DNA of 64,000 nt from Eledone cirrhosa (taxonomy: Eukaryota). The notes under the pieces are model-generated. The model was not told where the DNA came from and did no database searches. It worked only from the letters and a program-made list of their open reading frames with translations. This document shows positions 11,601-25,600 of the stretch, piece after piece (the stretch's first letter is position 1; every line of letters begins with the position of its first letter). The position numbers and the translations under genes are program-made. The stretch spans positions 24,428,001 through 24,492,000 of the forward strand of contig OZ024740.1 of the NCBI GenBank assembly GCA_964016885.1, in the 5' to 3' direction.

Positions 11601-14600
11601 CAGAAGGAAATTAGAGAGCTAGAGATGCAGATACATAGATACATAAGACAGAAGGAAACTAGAGAGGTAGAGATGCAGAGTCATATAGATAAATAGGACA
11701 GTAGGAAACTAGAAAGGTAGAGATGGAGAGACATATAGATAAATAGGACAGAAGGAAACTAGAGAGTTAGAGATGGAGAGACATATATATATAAATAAGA
11801 CAGAAAGAAACTAGAGAGTTAGAGATGGAGAGCCATAGAGATATATAGGACAGAAGGAAACTAGAGAATTAGAGATGGAGAGACATATAGATAAATAGGA
11901 CATAAGGAAACCAGAGAGTTAGAGATGGAGAGACATATAGATAAATAGGACAGATCGAAACTAGAGAGTTAGAGATGGAGAGACATATAGATAAATAGGA
12001 CAGAAGGAAACTAGGGAGGTATAGATGGAGAGACATATAGATAAATAAGAGAAGAAGGAAACTAGAGAGTTAGAGATGGAGAGACATATAGATAAATAGG
12101 CCAGAAGGAAATTAGAGAGCTAGAGATGCAGAGACATAGATAAATAAGACAGAAGGAAACTAGAGAGGTAGAGCTGGAGCGACATATAGATAAATAAGAC
12201 AAAAGGAAACTAGAGAGGTAGAGATGCAGAGTCATATAGATAAATAGGCCAGTAGGAAACTAGAAAGGTAGAGATGGAGAGACAAATAGATAAATAGGAC
12301 AGAAGGAAACTAGAGAGTTAGAGATGGAGATATATATATATAAATAAGCCAGAAAGAAACTAGAGAGTTAGAGATGGAGAGTCATATAGATATATAGGAC
12401 AGAAGGAAACTAGAGAATTAGAGATGGAGAGACATATAGATAAATAGGACATAAGGAAACTAGAGAGATAGAGATAGAGAGACATATAGATAAATAGGAC
12501 AGATCGAAACTAGAGAGTTAGAGATGGAGAGACATATAGATAAATAGGACAGAAGGAAACTAGAGAGGTATAGATGGAGGGACATATAGATAAATAAGAG
12601 AGAAGGAGACTAGAGAGTTAGAGATGGAGAGACATATAGATAAATAGGACAGAAGGAAATTAGAGAGCTAGAGATGCAGAGACATAGATAAATAAGACAG
12701 AAGGAAACTAGAGAGGTAGAGATGGAGCGACATATAGATAAATAAGACAAAAGGAAACTAGAGAGATAGATATGGAGAGACATATAGATAAATAGGACAG
12801 AAGGAAACTAGAGAGTTAGAGATGGAGAGACATATAGATACATAGGACAGAAGGAAACTAGAGAGCTAGAGATGCAGAGACATATAGATAAATAGGACAG
12901 AAGGAAACTAGAGAGTTAGAGATGGAGAGACATATAGATAAATAGGAGAGAAAGAAACTAGAGAGCGAAAGATGTAGAGACATAGATATAAATAGGACAG
13001 AAAGAAACTAGAGAGTTTGAGATGGAGAGACATATAGATAAATAGGACAGAAGGAAACTAGAGAGTTAGAGATGGAGGGACATATAGATGAATAGGACAG
13101 AAGGAAACTAGAGTGGTTGAGATGGAGAGACATATAGATAAATAAAAGAGAAGGAAACTAGAGAGTTAGAGATGGAGAGACATATAGATAAATAGGACAG
13201 AAGGAAATTAGAGAGCTAGAGATGCAGAGACATAGATAAATAAGACAGGAGGAAACTAGAGAGGTAGAGATGGAGCGACATATAGATAAATAGGACAGAA
13301 GGAAACTAGAGAGTTAGAGATGGAGAGACATATAGATAAATAGGACAGAAGGAAACTAGAGAGGTAGAGATGGAGAGACATATAGATAAATAAAAGAGAA
13401 GGAAACTAGAGAGTTAGAGATGGAGAGACATATAGATAAATAGGACAGAAGGAAATTAGAGAGCTAGAGATGCAGAGACATAGATAAATAAGACAGAAGG
13501 AAACTAGAGAGGTAGAGATGGAGCGACATATAGATAAATAAGACAAAAGGAAACTAGAGAGATAGATATGGAGAGACATATAGATAAATAGGACAGAAGG
13601 AAACTAGAGAGTTAGAGATGGAGAGACATATAGATACATAGGACAGAAGCAAACTAGAGAGCTAGAGATGCAGAGACATATAGATAAATAGGACAGAAGG
13701 AAACTAGAGAGTTAGAGATGGAGAGACATATAGATATATAGGAGAGAAAGAAACTAGAGAGCGAAAGATGTAGAGACATAGATATAAATAGGACAGAAAG
13801 AAACTAGAGAGTTAGAGATGGAGAGACACATAGATAAATAGGACTGAAGGAAACTAGAGAGTTAGAGAAAGAGAGCCATATAGATAAATAGGAGACAAGG
13901 AAACTAGAGATTTAGATATGGAGAGACATATAGATAAATAGGACAGAATGAAACTAGTGAGCTAGAGATATAGAGACATATAGATAAATAGGACAGAAGG
14001 AAACTAGAGAGATAGAGATGGAGAGACATATAGATAAATAGGACAGAAGGAAACTAGAGAGTTAGAGATGGAGAGACATATAGATAAATAGGACAGAGGA
14101 AACTAGAGAGCTAGAGATGCAGAGACATAAATATAAATAGGAGAGAAGGAAACTAAAGCGGTAGAGAGAGAGACATATAGATAAATAGGACAGAAGGAAA
14201 CTAGAGAGTTAGAGATGGAGAGCCATATAGATAAATAGGACAGAAGGAAACTAGAGAGCTAGACATATAGAGACATATACATAAATAGGACAGAAGGAAA
14301 TTAGAGAGTTAGAGATGGAGAGACATATAGATTAATAGGACAGACGGAAACTAGAGAGCTAGAGATGCAGAGACATATAGATAAATAGTACAGGAGGAAA
14401 ATAGAGATGTAGAGATGGAGCGACATATAGATAAATAAGACAGAAGGAAACTAGAGTGTTAGAGATGGAGAGCCATATAGATAAATAGGACAGAAGGACA
14501 CTAGAGAGTTAGAGATGGAGAGACATATAGATAAAGAGGACATAAGGAAACTAGAGAGTTAGAGATGGAGAGACGTATAGATAAATAGGACAGATCGAAA

Positions 14601-15700
14601 CTAGAGAGTTAGAGATGGAGAGACATATAGATAAATAGGACAGAAGGAAACTAGAGAGGTAAAGATGGAGAAACATATAGATAAATAAGAGAGAAGGAAA
14701 CTAGAGAGTTAGAGATGGAGAGATATATAGATAAATAGGACAGAAGGAAATTAGAGAGCTAGAGATGCAGAGACATAGATACATAAGACAGAAGGAAACT
14801 AGAGAGTTAGAGATGGAGAGCCATATAGATTAATAGGACAGACGGAAACTAGAGAGCTAGAGATGCAGAGATATATAGATAAATAGGACAGAAGGAAATT
14901 AGAGAGCTAGAGATGCAGAGACATAGATAAATAAGACAGAAGGAAAGTAGATAGGTAGCGATGGATCGACATATAGATAATTAGGACAGAAAGAAACTAG
15001 AGAGTTAGAGATGGAGAGACATATAGATAAATAGGAGAGAAGGAAACTAGAGAGTTAGATATGGAGAGACATGTAGATAAATAGGACAGAAGGAAATTAG
15101 AGAGCTAGAGATGCAGATACATAGATACATAAGACAGAAGGAAACTAGAGAGGTAGAGATGCAGAGTCATATAGATAAATAGGACAGTAGGAAACAAGAA
15201 AGGTAGAGATGGAGAGACATATAGATAAATAGGACAGAAGGAAACTAGAGAGTTAGAGATGGAGAGACATATATATATAAATAAGACAGAAAGAAACTAG
15301 AGAGTTAGAGATGGAGAGCCATAGAGATATATAGGACAGAAGGAAACTAGAGAATTAGAGATGGAGAGACATATAGATAAATAGGACATAAGGAAACCAG
15401 AGAGTTAGAGATGGAGAGACATATAGATAAATAGGACAGATCGAAACTAGAGAGTTAGAGATGGAGAGACATATAGATAAATAGGACAGAAGGAAACTAG
15501 GGAGGTATAGATGGAGAGACATATAGATAAATAAGAGAAGAAGGAAACTAGAGAGTTAGAAATGGACAGACATATAGATAAATAGGCCAGAAGGAAATTA
15601 GAGAGCTAGAGATGCAGAGACATAGATAAATAAGACAGAAGGAAACTAGAGAGGTAGAGCTGGAGCGACATATAGATAAATAAGACAAAAGGAAACTAGA
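8640..15700. repeat. Higher-order tandem duplication within the satellite, ~3.5 kb x2
   Basis: Diagnostic variants recur: taaataggccagtagg at 8671/12241 (+3570), agcggtag at 10671/14157 (+3486), agcgatggatcgac at 11471/14957 (+3486), gagctggagc at 12171/15657 (+3486). Confidence 0.9.
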
Positions 15701-18700
15701 GAGATAGATATGGAGAGACATATAGATAAATAGGACAGAAGGAAACTAGAGAGTTAGAGATGGAGAAACATATAGATACATAGGACAGAAGGAAACTAGA
15801 GAGCTAGAGATGCAGAGACATATAGATAAATAGGACAGAAGGAAACTAGAGAGTTAGAGATGGGGAGACATATAGATAAATAGGAGAGAAAGAAACTAGA
15901 GAGCGAAAGATGTAGAGACATAGATATAAATAGGACAGAAAGAAACTAGAGAGTTAGAGATGGAGAGACACATAGATAAATAGGACAGGAGGAAACTAGA
16001 AAGGTAGAGATGGAGAGACATATAGATAAATAGGACAGAAGGATACTAGAGAGTTAGAGATGGAGAGACATATAGATAAATAGGACAGGAGGAAACTAGA
16101 GAGTTAGAGATGGAGAGACATATAGATAAATAGGAGAGAAGGAAACTAGAGAGTTAGAGATCGAGAGACATATAGATAAATAGGACAGAAGGAAACTAGA
16201 GAGCTAGAGATGCAGGGTCATATAGATGAATCGGACAGAAGGAAACTAGAGAGTTAGAGATAGAGAGACATATAGATAAATAGGACAGATCGAAACTAGA
16301 GAGCTAGAGATATAGAGACATATAGATAAATAGGACAGAAGGAAACTAGAGAGTTAGAGATGGAGAGACATATAGATAAATAGGACAGAAGGATACTAGA
16401 GAGTTAGAGATGGAGAGCCATATAGATAAATAGGACAGAAGGAAACTAGAGAATTAGAGATGGAGAGACATATAGATAAATAGGACATAAGGAAACTAGA
16501 GAGTTAGAGATGGAGAGACATATAGATAAATAGGACAGATTGAAACTAGAGAGTTAGAGATGGAGAGATATATAGATAAATAGGACAGAAGGAAACTAGA
16601 GAGGTAGAGATGGAGAGACATATAGATAAATAAGAGAGAAGGAAACTAGAGAGGTACAGATGGAGCGACATATAGATAAATAGGACAGAAGGAAACTAGA
16701 GAGTTAGAGATGGACAGACATATAGATAAATAGGACAGAAGGAAACTAGAGAGGTAGAGATGGAGAGACATATAGATTAATAAGAGAGAAGGAAACTAGA
16801 GAGTTAGAGATGGAGAGACATATAGATAAATAGGACAGAAGGAAATTAGAGAGCTAGAGATGCAGAGACATAGATAAATTATACAGAAGGAAACTAGAGA
16901 GGTAGAGATGGAGCGACATATAGATAAATAAGACAGAAGGAAACTATAGAGTTAGAGATGGAGAGACATATAGATACATAGGACAGAAGGAAACTAGAGA
17001 GCTAGAGATGCAGAGACATATAGATAAATAGGACAGAAGGAAACTAGAGATTTAGAGATGGAGAGACATATAGATAAATAGGAGAGAAAGAAACTAGAGA
17101 GCGAAAGATGTAGAGACATAGATATAAATAGGAGAGAAAGAAACTAGTGAGTTAGAGATGGAGAGACATATAGATATATAGGAAAGAAGGAAACTAGAGA
17201 GTTAGAGATGGAGAGCCATATAGATAAATAGGAGAGAAGGAAACTAGAGAGTTAGATATGGAGAGACATATAGATAAATAGAACAGAAGGAAACTAGAGA
17301 GCTAGAGATATAGAGACATATAGATAAATAGGACAGAAGGAAACTAGAGAGTTAGAGATGGAGAGACATATAGATAAATAGGACAGAAAAAACTAGAGAG
17401 TTAAAGATGGAGAGACATATAGATAAATAGGACAGAGGAAACTAGAGAGCTAGAGATGGAGAGTCATATAGATAAATAGAACAGAAGGGAAATAGAGAGC
17501 TAGACATATAGAGACATATAGATAAATAGGACAGAAGGAAATTAGAGATTTAGAGATGGAGAGACATATAGATTAATAGGACAGAAGGAAACTAGAGAGC
17601 TAGAGATGCAGAGACATATAGATAAATAGGACAGCAGGAAACTAGAAATGTAGAGATGGAGCGACATATAGATAAATAGGACAGAAGTAAACTAGAGAGT
17701 TAGGGATCGAGAGACATATAAATATATAGGTCAGAAGGAAACTAAAGAACTATAGATGCAGAAACATATAGATAAATAGGGCAGGAGGAAACTTGAGAGG
17801 TAGAGATGGAGAGACATATAGATAAATAGGACAGAAGGAAACTAGAGAGGTAGATATGTAAAGACATATAGATAAATAGGTCAAAAGGAAACTAGAGAGT
17901 TAGAGATGGAGATACATATATATATATATATATATAGGACATAAGGAAACTGGAGAGCTAGAGATGCAGAGTCATATAGATAGATAGGACAGAAGGAAAC
18001 TAGAGATCAATAGATGCAGACATATAGATATATAGGACAAGAGGAAACTAGAGAGCTAGAGATGGATGAGACATATAGATAAATAGGACGGGAGGAAACT
18101 AGAGATTTAGAGATGAGGAGACATATAGAAAAATAGGACAGAAGAAAACTAGAGAGCTAGAGATTCAAAGACATATAGATAAACAGGACAGATGGAAACT
18201 AGAGAGTTAGATATGGAGAGACATATAGAAAAATAGGACAGATGGAAACTAGAGAGTTAGAAATGGAGAGACATATTGTTAAATAGGACAGAAGGAAAGG
18301 AGAGAGCTAGAGATGGAGAAACAGCTAGATAAATAGTACAGAAGGAAACTAGAGAGTTAGAGATGGAGAGACATATAGAAAATAGGACAGAAGAAAACTA
18401 AAGCGTTAGAGATGGAGAGACATATAGATAAATAGGACAGAAGGAAGCTAAAGTGTTAGAGATGGAGAGACATATAGATAAATAGGACAGAAAGAAACTA
18501 GCGAGTTAGAGATCAAGAGACATATAGATAAATAGGACAGAACGAAACTAGAGAGTTAGAGATGGAGAGACATATCTATAAATAAGACACAAGGAAACTA
18601 CAGAGTAGGATGTGGAGACACATATAGATACAGAGGACAGAAGGAAACTAGAGAGTTAGAGAGGGAGAGACATATCTATAAATAAGACAGAAGGAAACTA

Positions 18701-21700
18701 GAGAGTTAGATGTGGAAACACATATAGATACAGAGGACAGAAGGAAACTAGAGAGTTAGAGATGTAGAGATATATAGATAAATAGGACATAAGGAAACTA
18801 GAGAGCTAGAGATGGAGAGACATATAGATAAAAAGGACAGAAGGAAACTAGAGAGCTAGAGATGCAGAGACATATAGATAAATAGGACAGAAGGAAACTA
18901 GAGAGTTAGAGATGGAGCGACATCTAGAAAAATAACACAGAAGGAAACTAGAGAGATAGAGATGGAGAGACATATAGATAAATAGGACAGAAGGAAACTA
19001 GAGCGTTAGAGATGGAGAGACATATAGATAAATAGGACAGAAGTATACTAGAGAGTTAGAGATGGAGAGATATATAGATAAATAAGACAGAAGGAAACTA
19101 GAGAGCTAGAGATGGAGAGACATATAGGTAAATAGGACAGAAGTATACTAGAGAGTTAGAGATGGAGAGATATATAGATAAATAGGACAGAAGGAAACTA
19201 TAGAGTTAGAGATGGAGAGACATATAGATAAATAGGACAGAAGTATACTAGAGAGTTAGAGATGGAGAGATATATAGATAAATAAGACAGAAGGAAACTA
19301 GAGAGCTAGAGATGGAGAGACATATAGGTAAATAGGACAGAAGGAAACTAGAGAGCTAGTGATGCAGAGACATGTAGATAAATAGGACAGGAGGAAACTA
19401 TAGAAGTAGAGATGGAGCGACATCTAGATAAATAACACAGAAGGAAACTAGAGAGATAGAGATGGAGAGACATATAGATAAATACGACAGAAGGAAACTA
19501 GAGCGTTAGAGATGGAGAGACATATAGATATATACGACAGAAGGAAACTAGAGATCTAGAGATGCAGACATATAGATAAATAGGACAGAAGGAAACTATA
19601 GAGTTAGAGATGGAGAGACATCTAGATAAATAGTACAGAAGGAAACTAGAGAGGTAGAGAAGGAGAGACATATAGCTAAATAGAACATAAAGAAACTGGA
19701 GAGTTAGAGATGGAGAGACATATAGATAAATAGGACAGAAGGAAACTAGAGAGTTAAAGAGGGAGAGACATATAGATAAATAGGACAGAAGGAAACTAGA
19801 GAGTTAGAGAGGGAGAGACATATTTATAAATAAGAGAGAAGGAAACTAGAGAGTTAGATATGGAGACACATATAGATACAGAGGACAGAAGGAAACTAGA
19901 GAGTTAGAGATGTAGAGATATATAGATAAATAGGACAGAAGGAAACTAGAGATCTAGAGTTGCAGACATATAGATAAATAGGACAGAAGGAAACTATAGA
20001 GTTAGAGATGGAGAGACATATAGATAAATAGGACAGAAGTATACTAGAGAGTTAGAGATGGAGAGACATATAGAAAAATAGGACAGTAGGCAACTAGAGA
20101 GCTAGAGATGGAGAGAGATCTAGATAAATAGTACAGAAGGAAACTAGAGAGTTAGAGATGGAGAGACATATAGAAAAATAGGACAGAAGGAAACTAGAGC
20201 GTTAGAGATGGAGAGACATATAGATAAATAGGACAGAAGGAAACTAAAGTGTTAGCGATGGAGAGACATATAGATAAATAGGACAGAAGGAGGCTAGCGA
20301 GCTAGAGATGCAGAGACGTATAGATAAATAGGACAGAACGAAACTAGCGAGGTAAAGATGGAGAGACATATAGATAAATAGAACATAAAGAAACTGGAGA
20401 GTTAGAGATGGAGAGACATATAGATAAATAGGACAGAAGGAAACTAGAGAGTTAGAGATGGAGAGACATATAGATAAATAGGACAGAAGGAAACTAGAGA
20501 GTTAGAGATGGAGAGACCTATAGATAAATAGGACAGAAGGAAACTAGAGAGTTAGATATGGAGAGACATATAGATAAATAGGACAGAAGGAAACTAGAGA
20601 GCTAGAGATATAGAGACATATTGATAAATAGGACAGAAGGAAACTAGAGAGTTGGAGATGGAGAGACATATAGATAAATAGGACAGAAGGAAACTAGAGA
20701 GCTAGAGATGCAGAGACATAGATAAATAGGACAGAAGGAAACTAGAGAGGTAGAAATGGAAAGACATATAGATAAATAGGACAGAAGGAAACGAGAGAGC
20801 TAGAGATGTAGAGACATATAGATAAATTGGACAGAAGGAAACTAGAGAGTTATAGATGGAGAGACATATAGATATATAGGACAGAAGGAAACTAGAGAGT
20901 TAGAGATGGAGAGACATATAGATAAATAGGACAGAAGGAAACTAGAGAGCTAGAGATTCAGAGACATATAGATAAATAGGACAGGTGGAAACTAGAGAGG
21001 TAGAGATGGAGCGACATATAGATAAATAAGACAGAAGGAAACTAGAGAGCTAGAGATGCAGAGACATATAGATAAATAGGACAGAAGGAAACTAGATAGT
21101 TAGAGATGGAGAGATATATAGATAAATAGGACAGAAGGAAACTAGAGAGCTAGAGATGGAGAGACATATAGATAAATAGGACAGAAGGAAACTAGAGATC
21201 TAGTGATGCAGAGACATATAGATAAATAGTACAGAAGGAAACTAGAGAGTTAGAGATGGAGAGACATATAGAAAAATAGGACAGAAGGAAACAAGAGCGT
21301 TACAGATGGAGAGACATATAGATAAATAGGAGAGAAGGAAACTAAAGTGTTAGCGATGGAGAGACATATAGATAAATAATACAGAAGGAAACTAGAGAGT
21401 TAGAGATGGAGAGACATATAGATATATAGGACAGAAGGAAACTAGAGAGCTAGTGATGCAGAGACATATAGATAAATAGGACAGGAGGAAACTAGAGAGG
21501 TAGAGATGCAAAGACATATAGATAAACAGGACAGATGGAAACTAGAAGTTAGAGATGGAGAGACATATAGAAAAATAGGACAGAAGGAAACTAGAGATTT
21601 AGAAATGGAGAGACATATTGTTAAATAGGACAGAAGGAAAGGAGAGAGCTAGAGATGGAGAAACATCTAGATAAATAGTACAGAAGGAAACTAGAGAGTT

Positions 21701-22649
21701 AGAGATGGAGAGACATATAGAAAATAGAACAGAAGAAAACTAGAGCGTTAGAGATGGAGAGACATATAGATGAATAGGACAGAAGGAAACTAAAGTTTTA
21801 GAGATGGAGAGACATATAGATAAATAGGACAGTAGGAAACTAGCGAGCTAGAGATCCAGAGACATATAGAAACATAGGACAGAACGAAAATAGAGAGTTA
21901 GAGATGGAGAGACATATAGATAAATAGGACAGAAGGATACTAGAGAGTTAGAGATGGAAAGACATATAGATAAATAGGACAGGAGGAAACTAGAAAGCTA
22001 GAGATGGAGAGACATATAGATAAATAGGACAGAAGGAAACTAGAGAGTTAGAGAGGGAGAGACATATTTATAAATAAGACAGAAGGAAACTAGAGAGTTA
22101 GAGATTGAGACACATATAGATATATAGGACAGAAGGAAACTAGAGATCTAGAGATGCAGACATATAGATAAATAGGTCAAGAGTAAACTAGAGAGTTAGA
22201 GATGGAGAGACATATAGATAAATAGGACAGAAGTATACTAGAGAGTTAGAGATGGAGAGACATATAGAAAAATAGAACAGAAGGAAACTAAAGTGTTAGA
22301 GATGGAGAGACATATAGATAAATAGGACAGAAGGAAAGTAGCGAGCTAGAGATGCAGAGACATATAGATAAATAGGATAGTACGAAACTAGAGAGGTAAA
22401 GATGGAGAGACATATAGATAAATAGAACAGAAAGAAACTGGAGAGTTAGAGATGGAGAGACATATAGATAAATAGGACAGAAGGAAATTAGAGAGTTAGA
22501 GATGGAGAGACATATAGATAAATAGGACAGAAGGAAACTAGAGAGTTAGAGATGGAGAGACATATAGATAAATAGGACAGACGGAAACTAGAGAGCTAGA
22601 GATGGAGAGACATATAGATAAATAGGACAGAAGGAAACTAGAGAGTTAG

Positions 22650-25600
22650 AGATGGAGTGACATCTAGATAAATAACACAGAAGGAAACTAGAGATCTAGA
22701 GATGCAGACATATAGATAAATAGGTCAAGAGGAAACTAGAGAGGTAGAGATGGAGAGACATATAGATAAATAGGACAGAAGGAAACTAGAGATTTAGAGA
22801 TGGAGAGACATATAGTTAAATAAGAAAGAAGGAAACTAGAGCGTTAGAGATGGAGAGACATATAGAAAAATAGGACAGAAGGAAACTAGAGGGCTAGAGA
22901 TGCAGAGACATATAGATAAATAGGACAGAAGGAAAGTAGAGAGCTAGAGATGGAGAGACATCTAGATAAATTGTACAGAAGGAAACTAGAGAGTTAGTCA
23001 TGGAGAGACATATAGAAAAATAGGACAGAAGGAAACTAGAGCGTTAGAGATGGAGAGACATATAGATAAATAGGTCAGAAGGAAACTAAAGTGTTAGAGA
23101 TGGAGAGACATATAGATAAATAGGACAGAAGGAAACTAGCGGCCTAGAGATGCTGAGACATATAGAAAAATAGGACAGAACGAAACTAGAGAGGTAGAGA
23201 TGGAGAGACATATAGATAAATAGGACAGAAAGAAACTGGAGAGTTAGAGATGGATGACATATAGATAAATAGGACAGAAGGAATCTAGAGAGTTAGAGAT
23301 GGAGAGACATATAGATAAATAGGACAGAAGGAAACTAGAGAGCTAGAGATATAAAGACATATAGATAAATAGGACAGAAGGAAACTAGAGAGTTAGAGAT
23401 GGAGAGACATATAGATAAATAGGACAGAAGGAAACTAGAGAGGTAGAGATGGTGAGACATATAGATAAATAGGACAGAAGGAAACTATAGAGTTAGAGAT
23501 GGAGAGACATATAGATAAATAGGACAGAAGTAAACTAGAGAGTTAGAGATGGAGAGATATATAGATAAATAGGACAGATGGAAACTAGAGAGCTAGAGAT
23601 GGAGAGAGATATAGATAAATAGGACAGAAGGAAACTAGAGAGCTAGAGATGGAGAGACATATAGATAAATAGGACAGAATGAAACTAGAAAGCTAGAGAT
23701 GGAGAGACATATAGAAAAATAGGACATAAGGAAACTAGAGAGCTAGAGATGGAGAGACATATAGATAAATAGGACAGAAGGAAACTAGAGAGCTAGTGAT
23801 TCAGAGACATATAGATAAATAGGACAGGAGGAAACTATAGAGGTAGAGATGGAGCGACATCTAGATAAATAACACAGAAGGAAAGTAGAGAGATAGAGAT
23901 GGAGAGACATATAGATTAATAGGACAGAAGGAAACTAGAGCGTTAGAGAGGGAGAGACATATAGATACATAGGACAGAAGGAAACTAGAGATCTAGAGAT
24001 GCAGACATAGAGATAAATAGGTCAAGAGGAAACTAGAGAGGTAGAGATGGAGAGACATATAGATAAATAGGACAGAAGGAAACTAGAGATTTAGAGATGG
24101 AGAGACATATAGATAAATAAGAAAGAAGGAAACTAGAGAGTTAGAGATGGAGAGATATATAGAAAAATAGGACAGAAGGAAACTAGAGAGCTAGAGATAT
24201 AGAGACATATAGATAAATAGGAGAGAATGAAACTAGAAAGCTAGAGATGGAGAGACATATAGAAAAATAGGACATAATGAAACTAGAGAGCTAGAGATGG
24301 AGAGACATATAGATAAATAGGACAGAAGAAAACTAGAGAGCTAGTGATGCAGAGACATATAGATAAATAGGACAGGAGGAAACTAAATTGTTAGAGATGC
24401 AGAGATATATAGATAAATAGGACAGAACGAAACTAGAGAGCGAGATGTAGAGACATATATATAAATAGAACAGAAAGAAACTGCAGAGTTAGAGATGGAG
24501 AGACATATAGATAAATAGGACAGAAGGAAATTAGAGAGTTAGAGATGTAGAGACATATAGATAAATAGGACAGAAGGAAAGTAGCGAGCTAGAGATGCAG
24601 AGACATATAGATAAATAGGACAGAACGAAACTAGAGAGGTAAAGATGGAGAGACATATAGATAAATAGAACAGAAAGAAACTGGAGAGTTAGAGATGGAG
24701 AGACATATAGATAAATAGGACAGAAGGAAATTAGAGAGTTAGAGATGGAGAGACATATAGATAAATAGGACAGAAGGAAACTAGAGAGTTAGAGATGGAG
24801 AGACATATAGATAAATAGGACAGACGGAAACTATAGAGCTAGAGATGCAGAGACATATAGATAAATAGGACAGGAGGAAACTAGAGAGGTAGAGATGGAG
24901 CGACATATAGATAAATAGGACAGAAGGAAACTAGAGAGCTAGAGATGGTGAGACATATAGATAAATAGGACAGAAGGAAACTAGAGGGCTAGAGATGCAG
25001 AGACATATAGATAAATAGGACAGAAGGAAAGTAGAGAGTTAGAGATGGAGAGACATCTAGATAAATAGTACAGAAGGAAACTAGAGAGTTAGTCATGGAG
25101 AGACATATAGAAAAATAGGACAGAAGGAAACTAGAGCGTTAGAGATGCAGAGACATGTAGATAAATAGGACAGAAGGAAACTAGAGTGCTAGAGATGAAG
25201 AGACATATAGATAAATAGGACAGGAGGAAACTAGAGAGTTAGAGATGAAGAGGCATATAGATAAATAGGACAGAAGGAAGCTATTGAGGTAGAGATGGAG
25301 TGACATCTAGATAAATAACACAGAAGGAAACTAGAGATCTACAGATGCAGACATATAGATAAATAGGTCAAGAGGAAACTAGAGAGGTAGAGATGGAGAG
25401 ACATATAGATAAATAGGACAGAAGGAAACTAGAGATTTAGAGATGGAGAGACATATAGTTAAATAAGAAAGAAGGAAACTAGAGCGTTAAAGATGGAGAG
25501 ACATATAGAAAAATAGGACAGAAGGAAACTAGAGGGCTAGAGATGCAGAGACATATAGATAAATAGGACAGAAGGAAAGTAGAGAGCTAGAGATGGAGAG

